A model generated the notes under the pieces. That model was given only the letters and a program-made list of their open reading frames with translations, was not told the origin of the DNA and did not search any database. Positions 49,454 through 59,288 of a stretch of DNA of 64,000 nucleotides are shown here, one piece after another. The translations under genes and the position numbers were made by a program. The stretch is from an uncultured bacterium (GTDB lineage: Bacteria > CAYUVA01): contig CAYUVA010000001.1 of assembly GCA_964448115.1 (NCBI GenBank), positions 1 through 64,000 on the forward strand, in the 5' to 3' direction. Each line of letters opens with the position of its first letter. The stretch's first letter is position 1.

Positions 49454-49754
49454 GGGGTAATCTCGTCTTCTGTGATTCAGACAGTAAACGGGGCATAACT
49501 TCTTGATATTCATAATGCGCCTGTGTCTGCTTAAAAAATGAACAGGGCAACTTTAATATATAAAAACCAAAACTTGGATCCAGAGCCTCCGATAGCGAAA
49601 ATGATGGTAAATCGAGATAACAATCCCCAGAAAATCACACACAAATTGAAAAAGTGCCCAGCTCTATGACTTAATGCCTAGAAGACCTGAAAATACCTTG
49701 CGACACTAAGATAAAGTAGTGGATACCCTCCCTAGGAAATGTCTTTTGTATCCC

Positions 49755-49874
49755 TCAACCATTGTCGTCTCTGGAAACCTTCCCTGTTCCTTGAATATCT
49801 GCGACTTGTTCCACGGGATATTCCGCGGCTGCTATGATGGCTCTTAGTCTAAGGACAAGTTTTGATTCCTTAGT
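49755..49874 (-). mobile_element. IS630-family transposase N-terminal (HTH) remnant
   Basis: Manual translation TKESKLVLRLRAIIAAAEYPVEQVADI...VSR, followed by a decayed WIKRF..EGI-like segment; typical of the IS630 winged HTH. Confidence 0.5.
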
Positions 49875-49876
49875 TG

Positions 49877-51433
49877 CTAGTATAATGCATTCAATCTTGA
49901 TGGTTCCAAATTCCGTATCCGCCTGGGGAGATCTTGTAGATGCCTGTTGAATTCCTCCCCTGAGATCATGTATCGCTTCATATTAGGCGTTACTGCTCCC
50001 TCCTCGACTCGCTTGGCAACGCCTGCCCTGGTCGCGGCATACTCAGCAAGGTCGCTATCCTGGTAAGGGAAGAAGGTAACCGTCAGCGTGGCTGCATCGA
50101 AGTAGTTGAAGTAAAATGTGTCCGCTGCGTACTGATATAACTGCGTCTTCCATCCCCTCCTGTCCACGAAGTGAATCCAGAGCCTGTTTTGCATGTCCAT
50201 GTAAACCTCGACCCTGCCGAACTCGTAGGGATCGAAATAGTCCCCCGTGTAAATGCCCCAGGTAGAAGGTGGTGTGGAGTAGTCCGGCGGCTCTGTATCC
50301 GGCAAATCGAGAAAGATATCGAGCGCCTTTGCTGCCACCTCGCCGGGATCGTGATTATAAGTGTTTAGCATGACTACGACCCCGAAGTCCTTTTCCGGCA
50401 CCATCCACATGCTGGTCAGGAAACCGTATATCCCGCCATCATGCATGACAACGTGCTCTCCCTTGTAATCGTAGGACATCAAGCCGTAGCCATAATAGTA
50501 TCCTGGTATCATGCGGGTGAATACATGACCCATGGTCATCTCCCGTACCGATTCTGGGCTGAGCACATCAGCGCCATCAGCCAGGAGCATCTCGAAGAAT
50601 CGCGCCATATCCTTTGCGGACGAGAAAAGCAAGCCGGGCGGCCATGCCAGTGCGCAATCGTAGCTATCCGGCTCCCAGTATTCGACCTGGTTCCCATGAA
50701 ATATATGTCCTGTGGCTGAGTCCCTCATGGCAGCCTCGCTTGCATCATAGGTAACATCGATCATCCCACAGGGGGTGAAGATCAGCTCATCCATGGTCTG
50801 TTTATATGGCGCGCTGTACATCTCCTCTGCGATAAGCCCCAGCAGGCTATAGCCGAGATTGCTGTAGTTCCAGAGCCTGCCTGGCGGGGACCATAGCGGG
50901 AAATTGGGATGCTCGTGGAACCAGCGCGATAAGGCTCCATCGTCGGTATCGCACCAGATCTCTATATAATCAGGGATGCCGGATGTATGCGTCATGCAGT
51001 TCCAGACCGATACGCTCGAAGGGTCATCAGGGTCGAGATCGAAGTATGGTACATAGTCGGTTACCGGTCGCTTCACATCTATCAATCCCTGCTCGACCAG
51101 GCGCATAATAGCTGCACAAACCAGCATCTTATTGGTGGAGCCGCCTCTGAACAGGGTATCCTCGGTGACCGGATCACTGTCTCCATAGCGCTTGATGCCG
51201 ACCCCAGCCGAGAATGACAGCTTGCCTTCGATGATCACCGCAATGGAAGCTCCCGGGAAGGAGCTTGCCTGTGCCCTTTGCTTCACATAAGCCAGGAATT
51301 CTTCCCACTTGACCTGCCAGGGATCTTCTTGTCCATCATCCCCATCATCCTTTGAGCAAGCGACTAGCAGGGCTATGGCTGCGATCAAAAATACGAGCAA
51401 CAGCTTAGATAAAGCCTTGGCTGGGTTATTCAT
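49877..51433 (-). CDS. Serine hydrolase (beta-lactamase/AmpC-like) lipoprotein
   Basis: Lipobox LLVAC, SxxK (GSTNK), HTSG, YSN, HDGG motifs. Confidence 0.88.
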   Translation of the reverse strand: MNNPAKALSKLLLVFLIAAIALLVACSKDDGDDGQEDPWQVKWEEFLAYVKQRAQASSFPGASIAVIIEGKLSFSAGVGIKRYGDSDPVTEDTLFRGGSTNKMLVCAAIMRLVEQGLIDVKRPVTDYVPYFDLDPDDPSSVSVWNCMTHTSGIPDYIEIWCDTDDGALSRWFHEHPNFPLWSPPGRLWNYSNLGYSLLGLIAEEMYSAPYKQTMDELIFTPCGMIDVTYDASEAAMRDSATGHIFHGNQVEYWEPDSYDCALAWPPGLLFSSAKDMARFFEMLLADGADVLSPESVREMTMGHVFTRMIPGYYYGYGLMSYDYKGEHVVMHDGGIYGFLTSMWMVPEKDFGVVVMLNTYNHDPGEVAAKALDIFLDLPDTEPPDYSTPPSTWGIYTGDYFDPYEFGRVEVYMDMQNRLWIHFVDRRGWKTQLYQYAADTFYFNYFDAATLTVTFFPYQDSDLAEYAATRAGVAKRVEEGAVTPNMKRYMISGEEFNRHLQDLPRRIRNLEPSRLNALY

Positions 51434-51672
51434 TTTGGCTTCGCCGGTTAGAGTTACCATTTGATTTTCCGGTTATATTCTATTCATTGGTGGCAAACAA
51501 AATCAAGCTGGTTTCCTGGTCTGGGTTGACATCACCTGGTCAAGGATGGGATAAATTACTGATTTTGAAGTCGAAATAGGCTCGATTGCCCCAGATGTTC
51601 CAGGGAAATCAAAAATTCTTGGCAAACTTCAAGAATGAAAAAACTGCTTTAATTACAAGCACTTAGTGGCAA

Positions 51673-51688
51673 TGTTCCACATGGAACA
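51673..51688. promoter_or_regulatory. parS-like ParB-binding palindrome
   Basis: Intergenic TGTTCCACATGGAACA, one mismatch to the TGTTCCACGTGGAACA variant of the bacterial parS consensus; the palindrome extends to AA...TT. Confidence 0.7.
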
Positions 51689-51706
51689 TTTTTGTAGGAT
51701 AGCTGC

Positions 51707-51889
51707 CTAGCGCTTGGGATTTTTGCCGAGCGCCTTAGCGGTGCGCTGAACGATCGCATTGGTCTCCTTATGCCGCTGGATGATCTCAAGCCCGACGCTT
51801 GATCTTGCCAGTGAAAGACAAAGACGGCGCAGTTGTTCTACCTGCCTTAATCTACTAGTTACCGCAGCCGAGCTCATATCAATCTTCAT
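51707..51889 (-). CDS. Small basic hypothetical protein coupled to the nucleotidyltransferase
   Basis: MKIDMSSAAVTSRLRQVEQLRRLCLSL...; the start overlaps the stop of the upstream NTase gene. Confidence 0.6.
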   Translation of the reverse strand: MKIDMSSAAVTSRLRQVEQLRRLCLSLARSSVGLEIIQRHKETNAIVQRTAKALGKNPKR

Positions 51890-52343
51890 CGAGAATACTC
51901 CCCAGATACTCGATGTCATCCTTGTCCTGCCCGCTACCGCGTAGTGATTTCATCAAAATCAATCCCTTTGGAGATAGGATGCTAATAACACCATTCTCCC
52001 ATTCCACGATTCTTCGCCCATCCCAGGCTGATTTAATCGCTTTGGTTACTGGTAGTACATCTAAAATCAATGTTTCCCCTGAGCCAGGGGCAGCCTTCCA
52101 GAAACGGTAGATTATGACCTTACCATTATGGAAGCTCAACCGTGGTGTGCTTTTAGTGTATCCCAGGTCCTGGACAGTTTTACTCAATTCATCAATCGAT
52201 TTAGGCTCAACCATGATGTCGATGTCCAGCGTTGCTCTCGGCATCGCATATATAGCCATAGCCAATCCCCCGCAAAGAGCATACTCAATCCCTTTTTCAT
52301 CAAGCCTAGAAATTATGCCTTGCAGCTCATCGATAATATCCAT
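51879..52343 (-). CDS. Nucleotidyltransferase-fold protein (AbiEii/DUF6036-like)
   Basis: YALCGGLAM..Y..PRATLDIDI and C-terminal LILMK..RG..QD..DIE.L. Confidence 0.8.
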   Translation of the reverse strand: MDIIDELQGIISRLDEKGIEYALCGGLAMAIYAMPRATLDIDIMVEPKSIDELSKTVQDLGYTKSTPRLSFHNGKVIIYRFWKAAPGSGETLILDVLPVTKAIKSAWDGRRIVEWENGVISILSPKGLILMKSLRGSGQDKDDIEYLGSILDED

Positions 52344-52450
52344 AGTTACCTTGCTTGATTAGAGAATATGAGCCTCTTCTATTAGCCATGATTATACTAA
52401 AAATACTACAGAATATATACTCTCCTTAAAGATTTTATGCAGTATGAATA

Positions 52451-52966
52451 TTAGTAGCTCACCAGCGAATGAACCTTGTAGTCCTTGAGCTTGTCTCTCC
52501 CCTTTAGAAAGTCCAGCTCAATGACGAACAGTATCTCCACCACCTTGCCACCGAGCTTTTTCACTAGATTAGCAGTAGCAGCCATAGTGCCACCAGTAGC
52601 CAACAGGTCATCGATTAGCAATACCTTATCGCCAGGGACAATCGCATCCTCATGTATCTCCAAAGAGGCGGTGCCATATTCGAGGCTATACGATTCCTTT
52701 ACCGTCTTCCAGGGCAGCTTCCCCGCCTTGCGGGCGACAATTAAGCCAGCACCCAGGTTAAGCGCAACCGGAGCAGCAAAGATAAAGCCCCTGGACTCGA
52801 TCCCAAGAACCTTAGTGATTCCCGAATCCCGGTGTCGATCGGTAAATAGATCGATCACGGACTTGAATGCATCGTGATCCAATAAAACCGGAGTGATATC
52901 CTTGAAGATGATCCCCTCGATGGGGAAATCGGGTACATCCCGGATCAATTTGGCTATCTTTTCCAT
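52451..52966 (-). CDS. apt: Adenine phosphoribosyltransferase
   Basis: PDFPIEGIIFKDIT, ESRGF, RKAGKLP, YSLEYG, LIDDLLATGGT. Confidence 0.96.
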   Translation of the reverse strand: MEKIAKLIRDVPDFPIEGIIFKDITPVLLDHDAFKSVIDLFTDRHRDSGITKVLGIESRGFIFAAPVALNLGAGLIVARKAGKLPWKTVKESYSLEYGTASLEIHEDAIVPGDKVLLIDDLLATGGTMAATANLVKKLGGKVVEILFVIELDFLKGRDKLKDYKVHSLVSY

Positions 52967-53029
52967 TCATATCTCCTTGAAAACAAAGGGTTATCTGGCG
53001 AATTATCGAATTGTGCGTTCTCCTGGCAT

Positions 53030-54307
53030 CTATGGCTTAGCGATAATCTCCCTTCCACCCACGAATGGACGCAACGCCTTCGGTATCACCACTGATCCAT
53101 CCTCCTGCTGGTAGTTCTCTAGTATTGCCACAAATGTTCTCCCAACTGCCAGACCAGAGCCATTGAGCGTATGTACCAGCTCGGTTTTCCTTCCATTCGA
53201 TGGCCTGAAGCGCATCATGCAGCGCCGCGCCTGAAAATCGGTGAAGTTGCTGCACGAGGAGATCTCTCGGTACCTGTTCTGAGAGGGGATCCAGACCTCC
53301 AGGTCATAGGTCTTTGCCGCGGAGAAGCCCATGTCCCCGGAGGCGAGCACTACCACCCGGTAGGGTAGATCCAGCCTCTGCAATATATCCTCCGCATCAG
53401 CGGTCAAAGACTCCAGCTCATCAAAGCTATAATCCGGATGCGCCAGCTTGACCAGCTCCACCTTGTTGAACTGGTGTTGGCGGATAAGCCCCTTCACATC
53501 CTTGCCGTAACTACCTGCCTCGCGACGAAAACAGGGCGTATAGGCGCAATACTTGATGGGCAGATCATCCTCAAGGAGAATCTCGTCTCGATGGATGTTG
53601 GTAAGCGGCACCTCGGCGGTAGGGATCAGGTAATATTCGGGATCGATAGTCTTGAACATGTCCCCTTCCAGCTTCGGTATCTGACCGGTTCCGAACATGG
53701 ATTCATAGTTAGCCAAGAAAGGGGGCAGAACCTCCGTGTAACCATGTTCGGTGGTATGTACATGGAGGAAAAAGTTGATCAACCCCCTCTCCAGCATAGC
53801 CCCCATGCCCTTGTACAGGGCGAACCTGGCTCCAGCCAGCTTGGCGGCGCGCTCCATGTCGAGGATGTCCAGAGCCTTGCCAAGCTCGACATGGTCCTTT
53901 ACATCGAAGTCGAACCTTCTCGGCTCGCCCCAGCGCCTGAGCTCCAGGTTCGATCCCTCGTCTGCGCCAAGCGGTACATCGCCGGAGGGGACATTGGGAA
54001 TCTTGTACAATAGCTCACTGAAATGCTGCTCGATCTCGCGCAGCTCCCCTTCCAGCTCCTTTAGCTGTTTATTCACCTGGCGCATCATGGCAATCTTGTC
54101 TGAGGCATCCTGCTTCGCTTTCTTGAGCGATGCTATCTCCTCGGAGACGAAGTTCCTTTGATGGCGCAGATCCTCGACCTTGCGGAGGGTCTTTTTCCGG
54201 TCAGCATTTTGCTGGATGAACTCATCGAGCAATGTCAGGTCGCAACGATGCTGTAGCCTATGTCTCAAGGCTTCGAGGTTCTCCTCTATGTATCTGGGAT
54301 CGAGCAT
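53030..54307 (-). CDS. serS: Seryl-tRNA synthetase
   Basis: MLD N-terminus with coiled coil, [42 protein letters not shown]. Confidence 0.97.
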   Translation of the reverse strand: MLDPRYIEENLEALRHRLQHRCDLTLLDEFIQQNADRKKTLRKVEDLRHQRNFVSEEIASLKKAKQDASDKIAMMRQVNKQLKELEGELREIEQHFSELLYKIPNVPSGDVPLGADEGSNLELRRWGEPRRFDFDVKDHVELGKALDILDMERAAKLAGARFALYKGMGAMLERGLINFFLHVHTTEHGYTEVLPPFLANYESMFGTGQIPKLEGDMFKTIDPEYYLIPTAEVPLTNIHRDEILLEDDLPIKYCAYTPCFRREAGSYGKDVKGLIRQHQFNKVELVKLAHPDYSFDELESLTADAEDILQRLDLPYRVVVLASGDMGFSAAKTYDLEVWIPSQNRYREISSCSNFTDFQARRCMMRFRPSNGRKTELVHTLNGSGLAVGRTFVAILENYQQEDGSVVIPKALRPFVGGREIIAKP

Positions 54308-54431
54308 GGAAAACGCCCCTGTCTATTATTATGTTCTATAATCGTTTCGCAAATTATAGTTACCAGATCAGGGCATTGCAATGCAAGACACAAGATGAGG
54401 CGCCCTTGCCATTAAATATGAGGAACTTAAT

Positions 54432-54473
54432 AACGAGAAACAAGAAACGAGGAACGAGGAATGAGAAACAAAA
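54432..54473 (+). repeat. Degenerate heptamer tandem repeat (6 units)
   Basis: AACGAGA AACAAGA AACGAGG AACGAGG AATGAGA AACAAAA in the serS divergent intergenic region. Confidence 0.65.
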
Positions 54474-54597
54474 CAATTGGAAATTGAAGTGAACCTAAAC
54501 TATAATGATGTTATATATATATTATAGGAACTTATCATTAGGAGTAAGGAAAAGATATTTGGATCAACCGACAAGAAACCAAGGGAGGAAAGATTCA

Positions 54598-56688
54598 ATG
54601 CAAAAGAAATTCAGTCCAGTGAGCCTAGTTTTTTTATCGCTCATGGCTATGATCGTGTTAAACCACCCTGGCTTTGCTCAAGCCCCTGGCACCAGCGCCT
54701 CAGCCTCTACGGTCGGGGTTGCGCCGAATGGCTTAAGCGCATCTTCGGCGCAAGACCAGGTGCTTCGACTGGGGAGGGTGAGTACCTTTTCTGGAGATGC
54801 TGCCTTTCTCCCCTTCGGCAGCGATACCTGGGAGGATGTTCAGCCTAACCTGCCTGTGCGGGTAGGGGACGAGTTCGCCCTGGGGGACAGAAGCAACCTT
54901 GAGATACAGTTCGATGATGGCAGCGCATTAAGGCTCTGGGACGGCACATCAGTGATGATAACCGAGCTTTACACCAATCAAGATGGGACTCGGAATTACA
55001 CGGTATTGACTGTTGCCTATGGAAGCGTTTATGCAAGCGTGCCTAGGTTGAAGCGAGGCGATTATTATATCATCGAGACACCTGCCTCGCAGATCAGCAT
55101 GCTAGAAAGATCGCTTGTGCGCATCGAGGTTTACGAGAACGGAGATACCTACATAGAGGTGCATCATGGTAGTGCACAGGTTAGCGGCACAAGAGACACG
55201 GTACGACTCAGAACTCGACAGGCGCTGGATGTACCGATGAATGGCAATCCTGGTAGAACTCACTGGTTCAATCCGACACAAAGAGATGATTTTGACCGTT
55301 GGAACCAACGAATGGAGAGATACTCTGACAGGGCAAGAAGCTACTCCCATGTCTCTAACGAGATTCCGATGGGGGTCTCGGATCTGGATCGCTATGGCAG
55401 ATGGGTACTTATCTCCGACTACGGCTGGTGTTGGATACCGGATGTCTCCACCGGGTGGGCGCCATATCGAGACGGCGCCTGGAGGTACATCGAGCCTTTC
55501 GGATGGACTTGGGTCTCTTACGAGCCGTGGGGCTGGGTGCCTTATCACTACGGAAGCTGGGTCTATGTCTCCCCCTATGGCTGGTGTTGGGTGCCGGGTA
55601 ATATCTGGGCGCCGGCATGGGTAGCCTGGTACTGGGGAGCAACTTATGTATATTGGACTCCGTTGCATCCCTGGGATCACTACTGGTATTACCACTATTA
55701 CACCCGGTATTATTATTACGGCAGGTACCCTTATTGCTATCACTGCTGGCGTGAGCATCGGCGAGGATCCAGCCATCACTATTATCCATTCAAGGGAAGA
55801 AGCTACGCGGAGCAGTACAAGATAAAGCATACGCTTGTACAAAAAGAGCCGCTTAACTCCAAGGGCTTCGAGAAGTTCGATGCCAGGACAGTCTTCAAGA
55901 GGGAATACTTCAATTCCCCGGTGGTGCCGGTTACGATGGAACGCGTAGTAACTAGACCGATCAAGGCGCCAGGGAAGATCAAGTGGACGGTTGCAGAAGC
56001 GCCACAGATAAAGGCTATATCCATGCCCTCAAAGCCGATCTACCAGAGAACAACTGACCTTAGAACCATCCACAAGAAGAAGATTCACGATCCCAGGATA
56101 CGCAGTAAGCTTTATTACAGCAAGGTAAAGTCATCCACTCACTATGTCTCGCATAGAAAGTACTTATCGACCTATAAAAGCAAGGTTAAAAACCCTTATG
56201 TTAGGACTCAGTTCTCGACCAATCGCGTTCGCAGTTCCAAGCATAAGCCTTCCATATCCCGACCATCATCCGCTACCCGAGATGACTCCAAGAAGGTTCG
56301 TCCCTCAAAGGGGAGCAGCGAATCCAACAAAAGCCCCATAAGGCAGCGTCCTGCCTTCAGCGGCGAGGGATATGCCTCCCCGTCCAAACCTTCTTCATCG
56401 CAAGGGAACCAGAAGCGCCCCCGCTCTTACCTGAAGCCTTCAACATCCAAGAAGCCGAGCACAAAAAGTTACAATAAGCCAGGTTCACATCTTCGCCCAA
56501 GAACACGCCCCGCAGACGGACACAGCGGAAAAGCGAAAGAAAAACCAGCACCATCTTCGCCTAGCAATCGGATGAAAGCACCTCCCAAGTCTTCTAAGGA
56601 TGGCTCCAAGGGGTCGAGTAAATCCAAAGGCTCCAGCAAGAAGAAATCCAAGAGCAAGAGTTCATCCGCTAATAAGCTAAAGAGGTAA
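54598..56688 (+). CDS. FecR-domain / DUF6600-like secreted protein with Lys/Ser/Pro-rich tail
   Basis: Signal peptide, FecR-like LEIQFDDGSALRL, Trp-rich YGRW...GWAPYRDG.W...GWTWVSYEPWGWVPYHYG.W, basic low-complexity C-terminus. GGAGG RBS precedes ATG 54598. Confidence 0.8.
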   Translation: MQKKFSPVSLVFLSLMAMIVLNHPGFAQAPGTSASASTVGVAPNGLSASSAQDQVLRLGRVSTFSGDAAFLPFGSDTWEDVQPNLPVRVGDEFALGDRSNLEIQFDDGSALRLWDGTSVMITELYTNQDGTRNYTVLTVAYGSVYASVPRLKRGDYYIIETPASQISMLERSLVRIEVYENGDTYIEVHHGSAQVSGTRDTVRLRTRQALDVPMNGNPGRTHWFNPTQRDDFDRWNQRMERYSDRARSYSHVSNEIPMGVSDLDRYGRWVLISDYGWCWIPDVSTGWAPYRDGAWRYIEPFGWTWVSYEPWGWVPYHYGSWVYVSPYGWCWVPGNIWAPAWVAWYWGATYVYWTPLHPWDHYWYYHYYTRYYYYGRYPYCYHCWREHRRGSSHHYYPFKGRSYAEQYKIKHTLVQKEPLNSKGFEKFDARTVFKREYFNSPVVPVTMERVVTRPIKAPGKIKWTVAEAPQIKAISMPSKPIYQRTTDLRTIHKKKIHDPRIRSKLYYSKVKSSTHYVSHRKYLSTYKSKVKNPYVRTQFSTNRVRSSKHKPSISRPSSATRDDSKKVRPSKGSSESNKSPIRQRPAFSGEGYASPSKPSSSQGNQKRPRSYLKPSTSKKPSTKSYNKPGSHLRPRTRPADGHSGKAKEKPAPSSPSNRMKAPPKSSKDGSKGSSKSKGSSKKKSKSKSSSANKLKR

Positions 56689-56841
56689 GTAAAGTAGCCA
56701 CCTGGTGGCATGTAATCCCTTAATCCCCATAAATGGTGCGGTATTCCATTCGGTTTGCGCTGGATTGTATTCTTTGTTATACTTACTAGATGGTATATGA
56801 ACCTTATTAGCAATGAAGATCAATCGATGGAGAATGGGTGA

Positions 56842-57450
56842 ATGAATAAACGCAAAAGAGACGGTTTTACGCTGATTGAGATCATCGTAGTCATTGCCTG
56901 TATTGCCCTTCTGGCGGGGATCATCGCTCCATTAGCGTTCAAGAACATCGAGGATGCAAAAAAATCAGCCGCCGAGGCTGATGTCAAGGCAATAGCTTCT
57001 GCTATGATGCAGTTCAACAAGGATCTCGGCTTCTGGCCGACCATGGATGCTGCTGGCAACATCAACAGCATTCCGATTCTTTTTTCTACTGCTGATGGTC
57101 AGACCCCGCAGTGGCCGGATCCAGGTGAGCCATTGACCGGCGGGGAGCCGCTCGACTGGCACTTGATGCGCAACGGCGGACCTACTGAGGGCGGAGGCAG
57201 GTACAAGAACTGGGATGGCTATTCGGGATGGAATGGGGCTTACCTGCACGATGTGCATCTCGATCCCTGGGGACGAAGTTATGTGGTTTACACGGTCGGC
57301 TTCTGGGGCGGGGATGACCCTACGGTTTGGAATCGGGTGTGGATCCTCTCTGCGGGACCGGACAATGTGCTGAACATGGACGCAACCTCCAACTCGCCCT
57401 ACGACTCGGTTCCACCCATATACGATGACATTGGAGTAAGGCTCAAGTAA
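56842..57450 (+). CDS. GspG-like major pseudopilin / prepilin
   Basis: Prepilin cleavage motif G|FTLIE, hydrophobic helix, WNGAYL and DPWGRSY, SAGPD. Confidence 0.85.
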   Translation: MNKRKRDGFTLIEIIVVIACIALLAGIIAPLAFKNIEDAKKSAAEADVKAIASAMMQFNKDLGFWPTMDAAGNINSIPILFSTADGQTPQWPDPGEPLTGGEPLDWHLMRNGGPTEGGGRYKNWDGYSGWNGAYLHDVHLDPWGRSYVVYTVGFWGGDDPTVWNRVWILSAGPDNVLNMDATSNSPYDSVPPIYDDIGVRLK

Positions 57451-57577
57451 GCCTGTCCGCCGTTTATTAAGCAGGAAGCACAGATCCATAAGCCGAGCGC
57501 TTCGCTTCATATTTGGATAAAAAGTGATCATGTTGCCGATTTCGCGAACCAGTAATCATTGAAACTATCCATTAACC

Positions 57578-59281
57578 ATGGATTCGAGCCAAGAGAGTGC
57601 AGAGTATAAAACCCGAGGCAGCTTGGGTGATCTGCTGCTTCAACGGGGAGTAATAAATCAACAACAGCTCAAGATGGCTCTAAGGGAGCAAAAGCGAAGC
57701 GGCGAGCTGTTGGGTGATATCCTGGTCAGGCTCGGATTTGCCTCGCGATCCGCCGTCTCCGAGGTATTAGCCGGACAGATCGGAGCCAAGCGGATAGACC
57801 TCCGCACCATAAGCATTCCCCGCAAGATGGCTGAGGTGCTTCCGGAGAAGTTCTGCCGCGATCACAAGGTGCTTCCTCTTTCTGTTGCAGGTAATACGAT
57901 CGCTGTCGCCATGGTAGATCCCTTTGATGTGGTTACCGTGGATGCTATCTCGGATATAACCGGCAAGCTGATCGAGGTCAAGGCTGCCGATGAGGATGAA
58001 CTGCTCATTTCTATTGATATATTATTCGGCGAATCCCGCGAAGCCGAGCTGTCCATCGAGTCATCGATCCGCGACGCTTTAGGCTCTATCGAAGGAATAA
58101 AGGAGGATGCGGATGCGGAGCTGGAGGCGCCGATAATCAGACTGGTAAATCAACTGATATTAAGGGCTGTCAAGAGCGGCGCTACCGATATCCACCTGGA
58201 GCCAGAGGAAAAAACCTTTCGAGTGAGATACCGCCAGGATGGCATCCTGATGCAGGGTCCATCGATCCCCAAGCAGCTCCAGCCGGCGGTTACCAGCCGC
58301 ATCAAGATAATGGCATCGATGAACATCGCCGAGACAAGGCTCCCCCAGGACGGCAGGATCGACTTCAAGTTCGGCAACCGGGAGATCGATTTGCGCGTAG
58401 CCACCTACCCGACCGTGTTCGGAGAGGATATCGTGATCCGGGTCCTAGACAAGGAAAAGCTGGCGCTCGGCTTGGAGAACCTCGGCTTCGATCAAGAGAA
58501 CCTGGCGACCTTCAGGGAGCTGATAAAAAAGCCGAACGGCATTATATTAGTTACCGGACCCACCGGCTCAGGCAAGACTACAACGCTTTACTCCACGCTG
58601 CTGGAGATAAACTCCATCGAGCTTAACGTGGTAACCCTGGAGGATCCGGTCGAATACAACCTCCCCTTGATCCGGCAAGCCCAGGTCAATCCCAAGGCGG
58701 GCTTGACCTTTCCGGTTGGGCTAAGAGCAATCTTTCGCCAGGACCCAGATGTGATCCTGGTCGGGGAGATCAGGGACAGCGAGACCGCTGAGATGGCGAT
58801 CAGGGCTGCGTTGACTGGACACCTGGTCTTTTCTACCCTGCACACCAACGATGCCGCGGGGTCGATCAGCCGGCTGTTGGATATGGGAGTTGCCCCTTAT
58901 TTGCTCACCTCATCGTTGATCGCCTCCATGGCACAGCGCCTGGTTCGCCGAATATGCCCCAAGTGCAAGGATGTCGCACATCCGCCTGCCGAGCTTCTCG
59001 CCGAGCTACAGATCCCCGGCGAGCTTCACGGTGCTACCTTCTACAAGGGAAACGGCTGCGATGACTGCAATAAAACAGGCTACCGAGGGCGCATCGGCAT
59101 CTTTGAGCTTCTTGTCTTGAATAAGAAACTGAACGAGATGATAATGTCCGCTTGCTCAACCCAGGATATTAGAATAGAGGCAAGAAGGGAAGGTATGAAG
59201 ACCATGCGCGAGGATGGCGTAAAAAAAGCCCTTGCAGGAATTACCACCCTAGAGGAAGTGCTTCGAGTAACCGCCGAGTAG
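57578..59281 (+). CDS. GspE/PilB-family assembly ATPase (MshEN-like N-terminus)
   Basis: LGDLLL...LGDILV tandem motif, ATDIHLEP, GPTGSGKTTTLY, RQDPD, TLHTND. Confidence 0.92.
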   Translation: MDSSQESAEYKTRGSLGDLLLQRGVINQQQLKMALREQKRSGELLGDILVRLGFASRSAVSEVLAGQIGAKRIDLRTISIPRKMAEVLPEKFCRDHKVLPLSVAGNTIAVAMVDPFDVVTVDAISDITGKLIEVKAADEDELLISIDILFGESREAELSIESSIRDALGSIEGIKEDADAELEAPIIRLVNQLILRAVKSGATDIHLEPEEKTFRVRYRQDGILMQGPSIPKQLQPAVTSRIKIMASMNIAETRLPQDGRIDFKFGNREIDLRVATYPTVFGEDIVIRVLDKEKLALGLENLGFDQENLATFRELIKKPNGIILVTGPTGSGKTTTLYSTLLEINSIELNVVTLEDPVEYNLPLIRQAQVNPKAGLTFPVGLRAIFRQDPDVILVGEIRDSETAEMAIRAALTGHLVFSTLHTNDAAGSISRLLDMGVAPYLLTSSLIASMAQRLVRRICPKCKDVAHPPAELLAELQIPGELHGATFYKGNGCDDCNKTGYRGRIGIFELLVLNKKLNEMIMSACSTQDIRIEARREGMKTMREDGVKKALAGITTLEEVLRVTAE

Positions 59282-59288
59282 CCAGATC

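Noticed and set aside
49807-49822. Second parS-like half site (TGTTCCACGGGATATT)
   Set aside because: Right half does not match, and it lies within the IS630 remnant coding frame.
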